From IMG/VR virus record IMGVR_UViG_3300033145_003233, positions 62,001 to 126,000 of that record: a stretch of DNA of 64,000 nucleotides, one strand, 5' to 3'. Every line of letters begins with the position of its first letter. Positions within the stretch are counted from its first letter, which is position 1. Both the position numbers and the translations under genes were made by a program. Below, one piece after another: positions 8,837 to 19,625 of this stretch. The notes beneath the pieces are model-generated. The model was not told the origin of the DNA, ran no database searches, and worked only from the letters and a program-made list of their open reading frames with translations.

Positions 8837-10918
8837 ATGGCGAAAACTGAAAAAGTTGATATATTTGCACCTGTCATCGATAAAGGTGAATCTCCAAGAA
8901 TCAAACAACTTGAATTTATCATTACGGCACTTGACACAGCTTTTCATATAAGGGGAGATGATTGCATTAATCCCGTTACAGGAGAAATAGTTCTTGATAA
9001 CGAATATGATGCTCTCAAAAAAGAACTTTTTGCTCTTTGCCCTGAATCCAAGATTTTCAAAAATATTACAGCAGCACAGGGAGAAGTAAAAGGAACGAAA
9101 ATCGTTCATGATCCTCCCATGACTTCTATCGATAAGTGTAATGGGACAGAAGAAGAAAAAGAGCAGATGTTTTCAAGTTGGAGAAAAAAATGTTTTCCAA
9201 TTTTCAAAACAACACTTAGTGCCGTTTTATCTATGTCTTATAAACACGATGGTCTTGCTCTTTCCTGCGAATATGAAAATGGAGAATTAAAAAGGGTAGG
9301 CCTTCGTTCTAAAAGCGGAATGGACGGCATCGATGTTACTGATAAAGCTAAATATATAAAAGGCATTCCTCAAACCCTTAATAAATCTATAACTTGCAAA
9401 ATTAGAGGAGAAGTAGAAACCACAATACCTGAGTTTAAAAGGTCTAGCATCGAACTTGGAGAGAATGCTAAAGCCAACCCAAGAGCGCATACCGCTGGAA
9501 GCATGAATCAAAAAACGGCAGCAAAAATGAAAGATAGAGGATTAAGATTTATAGCTTATAATATTGTGGATATTGAAAACCCTCCATATCAAACAGAAAT
9601 AGAAAGAGCAGAATTTGCCACAAAAGTTCTTAAAATAAATTATGTCAAAACAATTCCCTTCTCTACAAAAACATTGAAATTATTTGAAGAACAACATCGT
9701 AGATTAGATTTTATGGTGGATGGCGTGGTTATTTCTGTTAATCACTTAGAAACACAACAAGATCTTGGACAATCAGGAGATAAAGATACTGGTAATCCTA
9801 GAGGAAAAATAGCATGGAAATTCAAAGACGAAGTTAAACCAGTAACTGTAAAAGATATAATATGGCAAACAGGAAGAGTTGGAAATGTTACTCCTGTTTT
9901 AATATTTGACGGAATACAATTAGAAGGAACAACCGTATCAAAATGTACCGCTCACAATGTAGGAATCATTAAACAAAATTCTATAGGGATAGGCTCTGTC
10001 ATTGAAATTATTAAATCTGGCAAAATAATTCCCAAAATCAAAAAGGTAATTAAAGCTAGTGGTAAACTCAATATTCCTAAAACATGTCCTTCTTGTGGAG
10101 AGAAGGTTATGATTGAACAAGGTTCTGATGGAGCAGAAGCATTAATGTGTCTTTCAAAAGGCTGTCCTGCTCAGAATATAAAAAATCTCAATCACTTCTT
10201 AACCATATTGGGAGTAAAGGGAATCTCAGAAAAAACTATTGGGAAGTTAGCGGACTTGGGGCTTTTAGAAGAACCAAAAGATTTTTATCGTTTAACAGTT
10301 AAGGACTTAATGGAAGAAGGGATAACAGAAAGAAGTGCTATACTTATAGTGGCTAGAGTATGGATGATTCATGCTCCTGAACAAATAAAAGATAATACCA
10401 AATTAGCTATTGCTATAGCCAATAAAATTAAGAATCCGATCAAGATTCCAATGGAGAAGTTGTTTGCAGCTTTCGGAATGAAAAGCGCAGGAAAAGAAGC
10501 TGGCAGAATTCTTTCTAAAACTTATAATGATTGGTATAAAATCAAAACTGCTCTCCCTCAAGAACTTGAGAACCTTGATGGCATTGGTCCAACTATGGCA
10601 AAAGAAATATATGAATTCTTCCATAATAATTGGGAAATGGTTGAAGATGTAGAAGGCTACTTTGAGTTTGAGGCTACCCAACAAAAGGGAGATAAATTAA
10701 AAGGAAAGAAGTTTGTTCTTTCTGGAGCAGTAGATGGTGGAAAATCAAAGTGGAAGAAGATTATAGAAGAAAATGGTGGAGAGATAAAAAGCAGTGTTAG
10801 TAAAAAAGTTGATTACCTTCTCGCAGGAGCTGGCTCTGGTAGTAAAACGGACAAGGCAAACAAGTTGGGAATAACCATTCTAACAACTGAAGATTTAAGT
10901 AAAATGATTGAGGATTAA
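8837..10918 (+). CDS. ligA: NAD-dependent DNA ligase
   Basis: DNEYD (domain Ia), KHDG adenylation motif, RGEV, DGVV, TGRVGNVTPV, CPSC Zn finger, HhH and C-terminal BRCT (FVLSG...SVSKKVDYLLAG). Confidence 0.95.
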   Translation: MAKTEKVDIFAPVIDKGESPRIKQLEFIITALDTAFHIRGDDCINPVTGEIVLDNEYDALKKELFALCPESKIFKNITAAQGEVKGTKIVHDPPMTSIDKCNGTEEEKEQMFSSWRKKCFPIFKTTLSAVLSMSYKHDGLALSCEYENGELKRVGLRSKSGMDGIDVTDKAKYIKGIPQTLNKSITCKIRGEVETTIPEFKRSSIELGENAKANPRAHTAGSMNQKTAAKMKDRGLRFIAYNIVDIENPPYQTEIERAEFATKVLKINYVKTIPFSTKTLKLFEEQHRRLDFMVDGVVISVNHLETQQDLGQSGDKDTGNPRGKIAWKFKDEVKPVTVKDIIWQTGRVGNVTPVLIFDGIQLEGTTVSKCTAHNVGIIKQNSIGIGSVIEIIKSGKIIPKIKKVIKASGKLNIPKTCPSCGEKVMIEQGSDGAEALMCLSKGCPAQNIKNLNHFLTILGVKGISEKTIGKLADLGLLEEPKDFYRLTVKDLMEEGITERSAILIVARVWMIHAPEQIKDNTKLAIAIANKIKNPIKIPMEKLFAAFGMKSAGKEAGRILSKTYNDWYKIKTALPQELENLDGIGPTMAKEIYEFFHNNWEMVEDVEGYFEFEATQQKGDKLKGKKFVLSGAVDGGKSKWKKIIEENGGEIKSSVSKKVDYLLAGAGSGSKTDKANKLGITILTTEDLSKMIED

Positions 10919-10919
10919 A

Positions 10920-11489
10920 ATGGAACAAGTAAAACACGTAAATATTATCAAACATGAAACAGCCGTTCCTCTAAATGATCGTGGGGATATTCTAAAACCA
11001 TTTGAAGATTGGAAATCTACTTCCACTGGCGGAGGATGGTTTAGCGCGGTTCCAGAAGATTTTTATACCAAAAAATTATATTTTCCTTTAACTTCTATTT
11101 CTCAAAATCCATGGAAAACCTTAAAAAGTTTGAGAGTACAATGCTTTGATTTTCAAGAGATGGTTCAATATATTTGCCCCTATAATGACTATGTTCATTA
11201 TTGGGCAGTTCCTGTTATTATATTTACAGACGATGTAAAATTCTGGCTCAAAAGATATAATATCGTTAGGCAACAAAGATATCTTGATGATGAGTGGATG
11301 AGAATCCATTGCCCTCCCAAAACCAAAGAAGGGCTAACATTTACAAAAATACAACGAGCATTATTAGGACCAGGATATACGGAAATGGCATGTCAAGACG
11401 ATGGGAATAGCTTCTTATATGATGGAATCGTAGCTATGGACAACGGAGACTACATGGGCGTTAAGGTATGGATATGGTTTAATAAATGA
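10920..11489 (+). CDS. Hypothetical protein
   Basis: ORF directly after ligA; ATG at 10920. Confidence 0.65.
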   Translation: MEQVKHVNIIKHETAVPLNDRGDILKPFEDWKSTSTGGGWFSAVPEDFYTKKLYFPLTSISQNPWKTLKSLRVQCFDFQEMVQYICPYNDYVHYWAVPVIIFTDDVKFWLKRYNIVRQQRYLDDEWMRIHCPPKTKEGLTFTKIQRALLGPGYTEMACQDDGNSFLYDGIVAMDNGDYMGVKVWIWFNK

Positions 11490-11623
11490 TAACTACCTTG
11501 TATTACTGAAGTTATAAAAAAATATGAAAAAAGTGATTTTTTCCTTGCAATTTAAAAGTGAAAGTGTATAATATGTCTTGTTGACATTAGCCGTAAATTT
11601 AAAATCCCGAAAGGAATAAGAAA

Positions 11624-12457
11624 ATGGCAAAAGAAAGAATTGATTTAGTTATCATTGACCCCCAAAAAGATTTTTGTTGCTCCGGCACTGGGGGAGAGGT
11701 CCATCAGGGAACTCTTTATGTCGATAATGCGGAAAACGACATGAAAAAAGTGGCGATGCTGGTGGAAAAATTCGGTTCGAAAATTAAAAAGATCCATGTT
11801 ACATTGGATTGTCACCACCTCATCGATATCGCTCATCCTAATATGTGGAGGAATAGCGATGGAAAACATCCGGATCCCTTCACCATTTTTGGATCTAAAG
11901 AAATTCGTGACGGAGAATGGACTCCTATTTACCCGAATCTTCGTCAAAGATTCATTGATTACTGTGAGGCTCTTGAAGCGACAAAGAGATATCCTTTGTG
12001 TATATGGCCTCCCCACTGTCTTATCGGAAGTTCAGGGAATACCATATATGATTCTCTGTTTGAAGTTCTTCTTAAATGGGAAGAGGAAAAGAACAACAAT
12101 GTCGATTATGTGAGTAAGGGTAGCAATCCCTATACAGAACATTATTCGGCTGTTAAGGCAGAGGTTCCTGATCCAAACGATCCCTCCACTCAATTAAACA
12201 CCCGTTTGATTCAGACCTTAATGGAAGCGGATCAAATTCTGATTGCTGGAGAAGCAGGAAGTCATTGCGTTAAGAACACTGTCGAAGATATCGCAGACGG
12301 TTTCGGTGACGATTCCTATGTCAAAAAGATGGTGATGTTGACAGATGGAGTTAGCCCTGTTCTAAGTCCGTATGTTGATTTCCCAGCCATCCAGAAACAA
12401 TTCATCGCTGATATGCAAGTCAGGGGAATGAAAACAGCCTTAACGACTGATTTCTAA
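11624..12457 (+). CDS. Nicotinamidase/isochorismatase-family cysteine hydrolase (PncA-like)
   Basis: LVIIDPQKDF, LDCHH, WPPHC, SKG and GEAGSHCV motifs. Confidence 0.85.
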   Translation: MAKERIDLVIIDPQKDFCCSGTGGEVHQGTLYVDNAENDMKKVAMLVEKFGSKIKKIHVTLDCHHLIDIAHPNMWRNSDGKHPDPFTIFGSKEIRDGEWTPIYPNLRQRFIDYCEALEATKRYPLCIWPPHCLIGSSGNTIYDSLFEVLLKWEEEKNNNVDYVSKGSNPYTEHYSAVKAEVPDPNDPSTQLNTRLIQTLMEADQILIAGEAGSHCVKNTVEDIADGFGDDSYVKKMVMLTDGVSPVLSPYVDFPAIQKQFIADMQVRGMKTALTTDF

Positions 12458-12512
12458 ACCCAGTTTTGTTAAAAATGAATAATAATGAAGAAATAAGAAA
12501 GGAGCAAAAACA

Positions 12513-13256
12513 ATGAGCAACAGTACCACGTTAGTAGAACACAGTCTGACTGGAGATAGTTTTGGATATTCAGCAGCAGACTTAGGGGATTTAGGAGCTA
12601 CAGAATATACTCTCGTCACCATCGCGGTAGATAAGAGTAGTAGCGTTGCTGAATTCGAAACAGAAATGGAAAAATGCATCCAAGAAATTATCAAGGCATG
12701 TAAGTATAGCCCCAGGTCGGACTATCTACTTATTAGGCTCGTAGCCTTTAATCGATCCATGGATGAAATTCATGGTTTCAAACAACTCGTTGACTGTGAA
12801 TTGTCAGATTATGACGGATGCCTGAAGGTCGGAGGTTCGACTCTTCTGTTTGAGACGGCTCGCAATGCCATTTCTTCCACGGCCGACTATGCAAAAGACC
12901 TTGTGGAAAATGAATTTGATGTTAACGCTATCGTTTTCATTCTAACAGACGGAATGGATAATGAATCTGGCAGCATCGATGCTGATTCGGTTGGACAAGC
13001 CCTTCAACAAGCGATGAGAGATGAGAAACTTGAATCTATCTTATCAATCCTTATCGGAGTTGGAGTTGGCAAGTATGCGGGTGTAAGCGATTACCTCAAT
13101 GAATTCAAAACCGATGCAGCACTTAGCCAGTACGTTGAAATCAAAGATGCTAATGACCAAACATTGGCGAAATTAGCAGATTTCATCTCCAAATCTGTGT
13201 CCAGTCAAAGTAATTCTATCGGAACTGGTGGCCCTAGTCAGACCCTCCAGTTTTAG
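12513..13256 (+). CDS. vWA domain protein (TerY-like)
   Basis: MIDAS motif AVDKSSS, GSTLLFE, FILTDG. Confidence 0.85.
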   Translation: MSNSTTLVEHSLTGDSFGYSAADLGDLGATEYTLVTIAVDKSSSVAEFETEMEKCIQEIIKACKYSPRSDYLLIRLVAFNRSMDEIHGFKQLVDCELSDYDGCLKVGGSTLLFETARNAISSTADYAKDLVENEFDVNAIVFILTDGMDNESGSIDADSVGQALQQAMRDEKLESILSILIGVGVGKYAGVSDYLNEFKTDAALSQYVEIKDANDQTLAKLADFISKSVSSQSNSIGTGGPSQTLQF

Positions 13257-13272
13257 TTGGACCAAAGAACAT

Positions 13273-13304
13273 GCCCCACCCGTAATTAGGGTGGGGCTTT
13301 ATTT
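13273..13304 (+). terminator. Intrinsic terminator
   Basis: GCCCCACCC-GTAATTA-GGGTGGGGC followed by TTTATTT. Confidence 0.75.
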
Positions 13305-13318
13305 GAAGGAGATACTAA

Positions 13319-14206
13319 GTGAACACAGATTGCGCTTTTTACATAGGAACGACACATGAAGTCTGTCACGATTACACCCTATCTGGAAAAGATAAGATAA
13401 TACTATCAGACGGTTGCTCTGGGTCTCGCTTATCAGATATGGGTTCAAGAGTATTAAGCATAACAGCAATAAATAAAATAGCAGAAGTTGACGATCTTCA
13501 TAACTTTGAACCGGGAGAATGCATATTGCTTTCTCGCCCCTCAATAAAAATATTAAATCTACCAAATACCTGTTTAGATGCTACCCTACTAGGAGCAGCT
13601 GGTGAAGAGGATTGCTTGCAAGCATTTTGCTATGGAGACGGGACAATAGCACTAAAAACAAAAAACGGGGACATTGCTATCATTGATATAGTTTATACAG
13701 ATAATCATCCTTTTTATATAAATTATCTTTATGATAAAACTGGCAGATTTACAAATTGGGAACAAAATCATAATAAGAGAAAAGTAACTTTATCTATAAT
13801 AAAGAAGGATGGAGAAATTAAACTTATTAAAGACAATTGTGATTATCCCAACATTGTTAACTCTGTTACTAGAATCCCTATGAATGGAGGAGTAGATATA
13901 GGTTTGGTAACAGTTTCTCCCGACAGAACATTTGTCCAAATAGTTAATGATAAAATTGATGATGAAATTGAATGGATTGCCATTATGTCAGATGGGGTTC
14001 ATAGTTTCTATAAGCCCGCTATAACAGAAACCTCAAAGAAGAATGAGCCTGTACCTTATCTTGAAGTTTTAAAATCTTTGTTGAACTTTAAAAATTATAA
14101 TGGCAAATTTGTTCAAAGAAGAATAAATAGATTTCTAAAAGACTGTAAAAAAGCCGACTGGCATAATGCTGATGATGTTTCTTTAGCTGTAATCCATTGC
14201 GGATAG
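13319..14206 (+). CDS. PP2C-like protein phosphatase
   Basis: CHD, ILSDGCSGS, AIMSDGV and DDVS motifs; GTG start. Confidence 0.8.
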   Translation: MNTDCAFYIGTTHEVCHDYTLSGKDKIILSDGCSGSRLSDMGSRVLSITAINKIAEVDDLHNFEPGECILLSRPSIKILNLPNTCLDATLLGAAGEEDCLQAFCYGDGTIALKTKNGDIAIIDIVYTDNHPFYINYLYDKTGRFTNWEQNHNKRKVTLSIIKKDGEIKLIKDNCDYPNIVNSVTRIPMNGGVDIGLVTVSPDRTFVQIVNDKIDDEIEWIAIMSDGVHSFYKPAITETSKKNEPVPYLEVLKSLLNFKNYNGKFVQRRINRFLKDCKKADWHNADDVSLAVIHCG

Positions 14207-14214
14207 GAAACAAA

Positions 14215-16192
14215 ATGTCAAAACACGAAGAAATCTTAAATAAAATTGAAGAAGGGGATAAGAAGCTTGATAAGATTGCAAGGCATCTTAAAAAGAAATT
14301 TGTAGGCATTGATAAGGTTATAGATAAAATTATGCAAAATATTCGCATATGGTATATCTTTCCAGAATTAATCCAAAGACCTATCATTATTTGTTTATGG
14401 GGGTTAACGGGAGTTGGAAAAACTGATCTCGTTAGAACTCTAGTCCGTGAAATTAAATTTTCAGGAAGATACATCGAAACAGATCTTAGCACAAAAAGAA
14501 GTAATTCGATGTGGGGGAGAACAAACGATAGAGAGCATACTTGAATATTCTTCTATAGAGAATGATGAACCAGGTATTTTTCTTCTTGATGAAATACAAA
14601 GGTTTAGAACTATAGATTCTACTGGATTAGAAATCCTTGACACTCCTTATCAAGATTTATGGACATTATTAAGTGATGGTAAATTTAGTTCCAGTGGTCA
14701 GAAAAAAGATCGATTAATGTGCATGTATTTTGATGCTCTTTTTGACGAAGATCAACATAGATCCGAAGAAGAAGAGAAATCAAAAGAAAAAGACGAAGAA
14801 AAAAAAGAAGAGGAAAAAAAGAAGAAAAAACAAACGAAATTCAAACAAAATGTATGGAGAGCGAAGTACCTTAAAAAAACATTGAAACTAAAAGAAACTG
14901 TACTCGAAATTATGAGATGGGACAGTAGAAAAAGGCTCACTTTATTAAAAAACTCTCTAGAACAGATAAGTCTTTTTGAAGGAGAATCTTTCTCTAAATT
15001 GCTTATTTTTATTTCTGGGAATCTTGATGAAGCTTATTATATGGCAGATAGAAATGCTGATGCAGATATTGATGCAGATATTTTCCATGAAAGATCAAAA
15101 AATATTAAAGTCACAAATATTAAAGACGCATTAGGTAAAAGATTCAAACCAGAACAAATTGCTCGTTTTGGTAATACTCATATTATTTATCCCTCATTAT
15201 CGAAAAAAAATTACAGAAAAATAATCCGTAACAACATAAGAAAAACAATCGTTGCTATACAAAAACAACATAATATCAAAATATCATTTGATAAAACAGT
15301 TTATGAATTTATTTATAGAAATGGAGTGTACCCATCGCAAGGAGTTAGACCAGTTCTATCTACAATATCTTCTGTTATTGATAATTCAATTCCTACTTTT
15401 ATCATGTTTTGTTTAAGACAAAATGTGAAAGAAGTAAAGGTTGTTTATAAAAATAGTTATTTATTAGCAGAAATCAACGGTATTATAGAAAAATATGAAA
15501 CCATAGGGGACATAGATGACATTAAAAAAGGTCATGGATTAGATCAAAAAGCTAGCATAGCCACTCACGAGGCAGCACATGCAGTAGTTTATGCTATTTC
15601 TTTCAGCTTAGTCCCTTCTCAAATTGTTGCAAGTTGCTCCCTTCCTGATACAGGAGGGTATATAGGTTGCCATACTTTCTCAGAAAGTAGCAATTATATT
15701 AAAAGACATTTGCAAGTACTATTAGCAGGCAGGGTAGGGGAAGAAATGATATTTGGAGAAGAATTAGTAACTTCGGGAGCAGCCTCAGATCTTGCTCAGG
15801 CCACAAAGTTGGCATCAAAATATTATCGTGTTTTTGGAATGGGAAACACTCTTAGTAAGAAAATGAACAAGTACACAACTCAAGCTCCTCAATTTAATTC
15901 TGATTTTGATGAAGCCAATACTACAATAGAAAGTCTTTTACAAAATGAGAAAAAAGTAGTAGTAGAAACCTTAAAAAACCATAAACCCTTTTTCATGACA
16001 GTCGCTAAAGAATTATATCGAAATGGAAAAATATCATCAATTGATTTTCAAAAAATGGGAGTAAAATTTGGTTTCAAATTCGAAATAGTAAATACTCAAA
16101 GACCAATATACGAAAACTTTGCATCTTTATTAGAAGGTCCAAAAGAGGAACAAGAGCAAATACCTAGAGCAGCTTCTAGTAACCCGAAATAA
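14215..16192 (+). CDS. AAA+ ATPase fused to M41-type Zn peptidase, split by an apparent +1 frameshift at G5 (14513-14517)
   Basis: Walker A GLTGVGKT in frame 1; Walker B FLLDE, Clp-like RFKPEQIARFG and HEAAH / GAASDL (M41) in frame 2; deleting one G joins them into about 658 aa. Confidence 0.75.
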
Positions 16193-16217
16193 ATATAATT
16201 ATTTATGGAAAAATAAT

Positions 16218-17930
16218 ATGGAAGTAAGAGTAAAAGGCAATCAGAAAAAAATCAGACTCAATAAAAATAACTTTATTGCAGCTGGTGGAGAGGGTCAAAT
16301 ATATGCTGCCAACAAAGTTGCATTTAAAATTTATACCAAAGTTAAAAATATGCTTCCGTTTGCCAAGATACAAGAATTATCTGCCATAACTAATTCTAAT
16401 GTAATAAAACCAGAGAAAGTAGTTCTCAACACCAGACAAAAACCTATTGGATATACAATGAAGCATATCTCTGATACATATGCTCTTTGTCAAATATTCC
16501 CCAAGGGGTTTAGAGACAGAATGCATTTAGATGGAGATGCTGTTTTAAAACTTATCCGGAGAATGCAATCAACTATATCTGATATACATAATATGGGAGT
16601 TCTTATCGTTGATTTAAACGAAATGAATTTTCTTGTTGATAAGAAATTCAAAGAGATATATTTTATAGATGTAGATAGTTATCAAACACAAAGTTTTCCA
16701 GCTACAGCAATAATGGAATCTATTAGAGATAGGCATACTCGGAAATTTAGTCAGTTAACAGATTGGTTTTCATTCGGAATAGTTTCTTTCCAAATGTTTG
16801 TCGGCATTCATCCCTATAAAGGAAAACATCCTAAGATACATTATCCTCATGATAAACCGAGACAACTAAATGAGAGAATGGAAAAAAATATTCCTGTTTT
16901 TCATAAAGATGTTAGGTTCCCTCAATCTTGCCTTCCTTTTGGCACTATTCCTAAAATCTATCAGGATTGGTATAAGGCAATATTTTTTGAAGGAAAAAGA
17001 GTACCTCCACCAACAGAGTTAGGACAAGTTATTATTGTTCCTGTTGTAATTAAAACTGTATCTGGAAATGAGGATTTTGAGATCATAGAAATATTTGAAT
17101 ATAGCTCTAATATAGTGAGATTCTTATCGATAGGCGGCATAAGAACAACAGTTACTTCCAAAGATTTTTATATTAATAACAAGATTATGCCTCAAAATTG
17201 CAACCAAGATATCCATGTGGGCATTACTCCCTTGGGTAACAAAGTGATCTCTGCTACATTGAAAGATGGTTGTTTACTTTTATTTAATTCTACTGATAAC
17301 AATGTCCCTAAACATGATATAAGAGCAGAAGATATCATGTCATATAAAGGCAGAATATTTATAAAGAATAAAGACATTCTTTCTGAAATAAAATTTGTAG
17401 AAATGGGAAGTAATATCCATGCTGTGCCTCATCATATAGCAAATGTAATGGAAAATGCTACTAAACTTTTTGATGGGGTCGCTATTCAAAACATCCTGGG
17501 ATCATTCATAGCATCAATTTTTCCTTCCTCTGGAACTCATCATCAAATCCAATGTCCAGAATTTCAAGGATATCAAATAGTTGATGCAAAATACGACAAC
17601 AATGTATTAATGGTTATAGCTAGCCAAAAAGGAAAATATGATAAATTTATCCTGAAATTTGATGAAAAGTTCTCTTCCTACTCGATAAGAAAGGTAGAGG
17701 ATATTTCTTATTGCGGTATTAATTTTGCGGTTTTGGACAATGGAATCGTTATTCATATTAACGAAAATGAAGAAATTGAAATATTTTCTAACAAAAAAGA
17801 TAAAAATACTGTCAAAGTGATTGATAGTTCAGTAATATCGGGAGATATGAAGTTATTTAATGATGGAGCAAAAGTCGTTTTTGCTCAAGGTAAAAAATTA
17901 TATCAACTCAAAATGAAGAAAGGGCAATAA
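16218..17930 (+). CDS. Ser/Thr protein kinase-like protein (TerY-associated type)
   Basis: AGGEGQIY, VAFKIY, IVDLNEMNFLV, FIDVDSYQ; long beta-rich C-terminal region. Confidence 0.8.
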   Translation: MEVRVKGNQKKIRLNKNNFIAAGGEGQIYAANKVAFKIYTKVKNMLPFAKIQELSAITNSNVIKPEKVVLNTRQKPIGYTMKHISDTYALCQIFPKGFRDRMHLDGDAVLKLIRRMQSTISDIHNMGVLIVDLNEMNFLVDKKFKEIYFIDVDSYQTQSFPATAIMESIRDRHTRKFSQLTDWFSFGIVSFQMFVGIHPYKGKHPKIHYPHDKPRQLNERMEKNIPVFHKDVRFPQSCLPFGTIPKIYQDWYKAIFFEGKRVPPPTELGQVIIVPVVIKTVSGNEDFEIIEIFEYSSNIVRFLSIGGIRTTVTSKDFYINNKIMPQNCNQDIHVGITPLGNKVISATLKDGCLLLFNSTDNNVPKHDIRAEDIMSYKGRIFIKNKDILSEIKFVEMGSNIHAVPHHIANVMENATKLFDGVAIQNILGSFIASIFPSSGTHHQIQCPEFQGYQIVDAKYDNNVLMVIASQKGKYDKFILKFDEKFSSYSIRKVEDISYCGINFAVLDNGIVIHINENEEIEIFSNKKDKNTVKVIDSSVISGDMKLFNDGAKVVFAQGKKLYQLKMKKGQ

Positions 17931-17931
17931 A

Positions 17932-18150
17932 ATGATTGAAGCATTGTGCATAATAGTTCTTATATTGGGAGTGCCTTTTATGATCGTGGGATTTCTTCAA
18001 GGATATTTTACTAAGGCCAAATGGTTTTGTCATACGATGGGATGGCATTTAAATCCATCTATCCAAGGTTTTGACGGTTGTAGCTCAACTGGCATTTGTC
18101 CTAGGTGCAACGAGGCAGTTATGCAAGACGGCCAAGGTAATTGGTTCTAA
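17932..18150 (+). CDS. Small membrane protein with Cys cluster
   Basis: N-terminal hydrophobic helix; GCSSTGICPRC. Confidence 0.6.
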   Translation: MIEALCIIVLILGVPFMIVGFLQGYFTKAKWFCHTMGWHLNPSIQGFDGCSSTGICPRCNEAVMQDGQGNWF

Positions 18151-18168
18151 AAGAGAAGCTTTTACAAT

Positions 18169-18531
18169 ATGATCGGGGAGAAAAAAAAGTATCTGATACA
18201 ACTTTTTTTAAAAAGATGTACATTACAAGAAATTAATAGAAAACATATTGATTTCTCATTTGAACTTTTTAAAAATACGTATAATGTCTCGGATGAAGTT
18301 CTGTCCAAATTAAGAAAAAAGTATAATATAGACGAGTATATAGATAGGCTGCTGCCATTAATAGACGAACAATTTACAACTGAAGAATTGCAAGCAATAG
18401 TAAAGTTTTATTCTTCAGATATGGGGAAAAAAATATTAGATCCTATTTTTTTAGAGAAAGTAGGAAAAATAGGTACTAACATGTTTGCTCAAATAGAGCA
18501 AGAATTTTCTATCAACAATAACTTAAAATGA
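18169..18531 (+). CDS. DUF2059-like protein
   Basis: QFTTEELQAIVKFYSSDMGKKIL pattern. Confidence 0.65.
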   Translation: MIGEKKKYLIQLFLKRCTLQEINRKHIDFSFELFKNTYNVSDEVLSKLRKKYNIDEYIDRLLPLIDEQFTTEELQAIVKFYSSDMGKKILDPIFLEKVGKIGTNMFAQIEQEFSINNNLK

Positions 18532-19625
18532 AAAAACCAAAACCAAAAAAAATATATGTAATGCCTAGAGGGTCTCTTGCTTACTCTTTTTATGAGAAGA
18601 TACCATATATCCATAAACATTTATTGAAACATGCCGACACCAAAGAAATAAAATATTTATTTGTAACTCCTTTTTCAAATGGGGGACTATCTGTTTGTGA
18701 AAGATCTCAAGAACCAATATATAGAATAGTAACATCATGCGAGAAGTCAGATAAAGCTTTAAAAAAGTTCTTTGATCAAGGATTTATAATTAAAAATATG
18801 TTTTTAAATAATTATGTAAGATACTCTCCGTTGATACAAGAATATGCAAAAAAACACGGAACTAAAGTTAGTGTTTGTGAACATAGTTGGTTCCCAGCAT
18901 CTCAATGGCATTTAGATCCTGTCGGTTTTTCTCATGAATCGTTATTGGCTAAATCTAGATTAGATAATGTTAATATAGATATAGAGAAAGAGAAAGAGAA
19001 AATAAAAGAATATAAAAAAGATTTAATTCAACACAAATATAGTATAAATAAACCTTATATTGTATTAATTCTTCAAAAGACTCAAGATATCACTATCGAT
19101 ATAGGGTATCCAGATTTTCCAGGCTGGCAAAGAATAATAGATTGGGCCAACTCATTGAGAATTGATAAAGAAATATTAATTATTAAATTAAGGCATACTC
19201 TATTTAAGCTTAAAAGACTTGGAGAATCATACGTTTTTCCTAAAGACTCTATTGTTATCCAATCAAAAAGAGTAAATAACAATATTTTAAAAAATGCTAA
19301 TTTAGTAATAGGTGTTAATTCTACAATGTTATATGAGGCAAGCCTTATTTACAATAAACCTGTTTTAGCTCTAGGCAGTAGCTGGTTTGATGCTCATCAT
19401 CCTGAAGTGGTAAAAAAAATAAAAATAGATGATAAAATAGAGAGACCAGTTGTTAGTGAAGAAGATCTTAATTATCGTGCTAAAATGTTTTATATAATGT
19501 CAAAAATGCAAATTCCTAAGAAATTTTATTCGATAAAACAACCCCTTGAATTTGCTAACGATTTCTTAAAAAAACATGCACAAGCTTCTCAAATTAAAAA
19601 AATAGAAGATTGGGTAGATGTGTAG
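18528..19625 (+). CDS. Capsule polysaccharide biosynthesis (KpsS/KpsC-like) glycosyltransferase
   Basis: CEHSWFP, LILQKTQD, VIGVNSTMLYEASLIYNKPVLALGSSWF. Confidence 0.65.
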   Translation: MKKPKPKKIYVMPRGSLAYSFYEKIPYIHKHLLKHADTKEIKYLFVTPFSNGGLSVCERSQEPIYRIVTSCEKSDKALKKFFDQGFIIKNMFLNNYVRYSPLIQEYAKKHGTKVSVCEHSWFPASQWHLDPVGFSHESLLAKSRLDNVNIDIEKEKEKIKEYKKDLIQHKYSINKPYIVLILQKTQDITIDIGYPDFPGWQRIIDWANSLRIDKEILIIKLRHTLFKLKRLGESYVFPKDSIVIQSKRVNNNILKNANLVIGVNSTMLYEASLIYNKPVLALGSSWFDAHHPEVVKKIKIDDKIERPVVSEEDLNYRAKMFYIMSKMQIPKKFYSIKQPLEFANDFLKKHAQASQIKKIEDWVDV

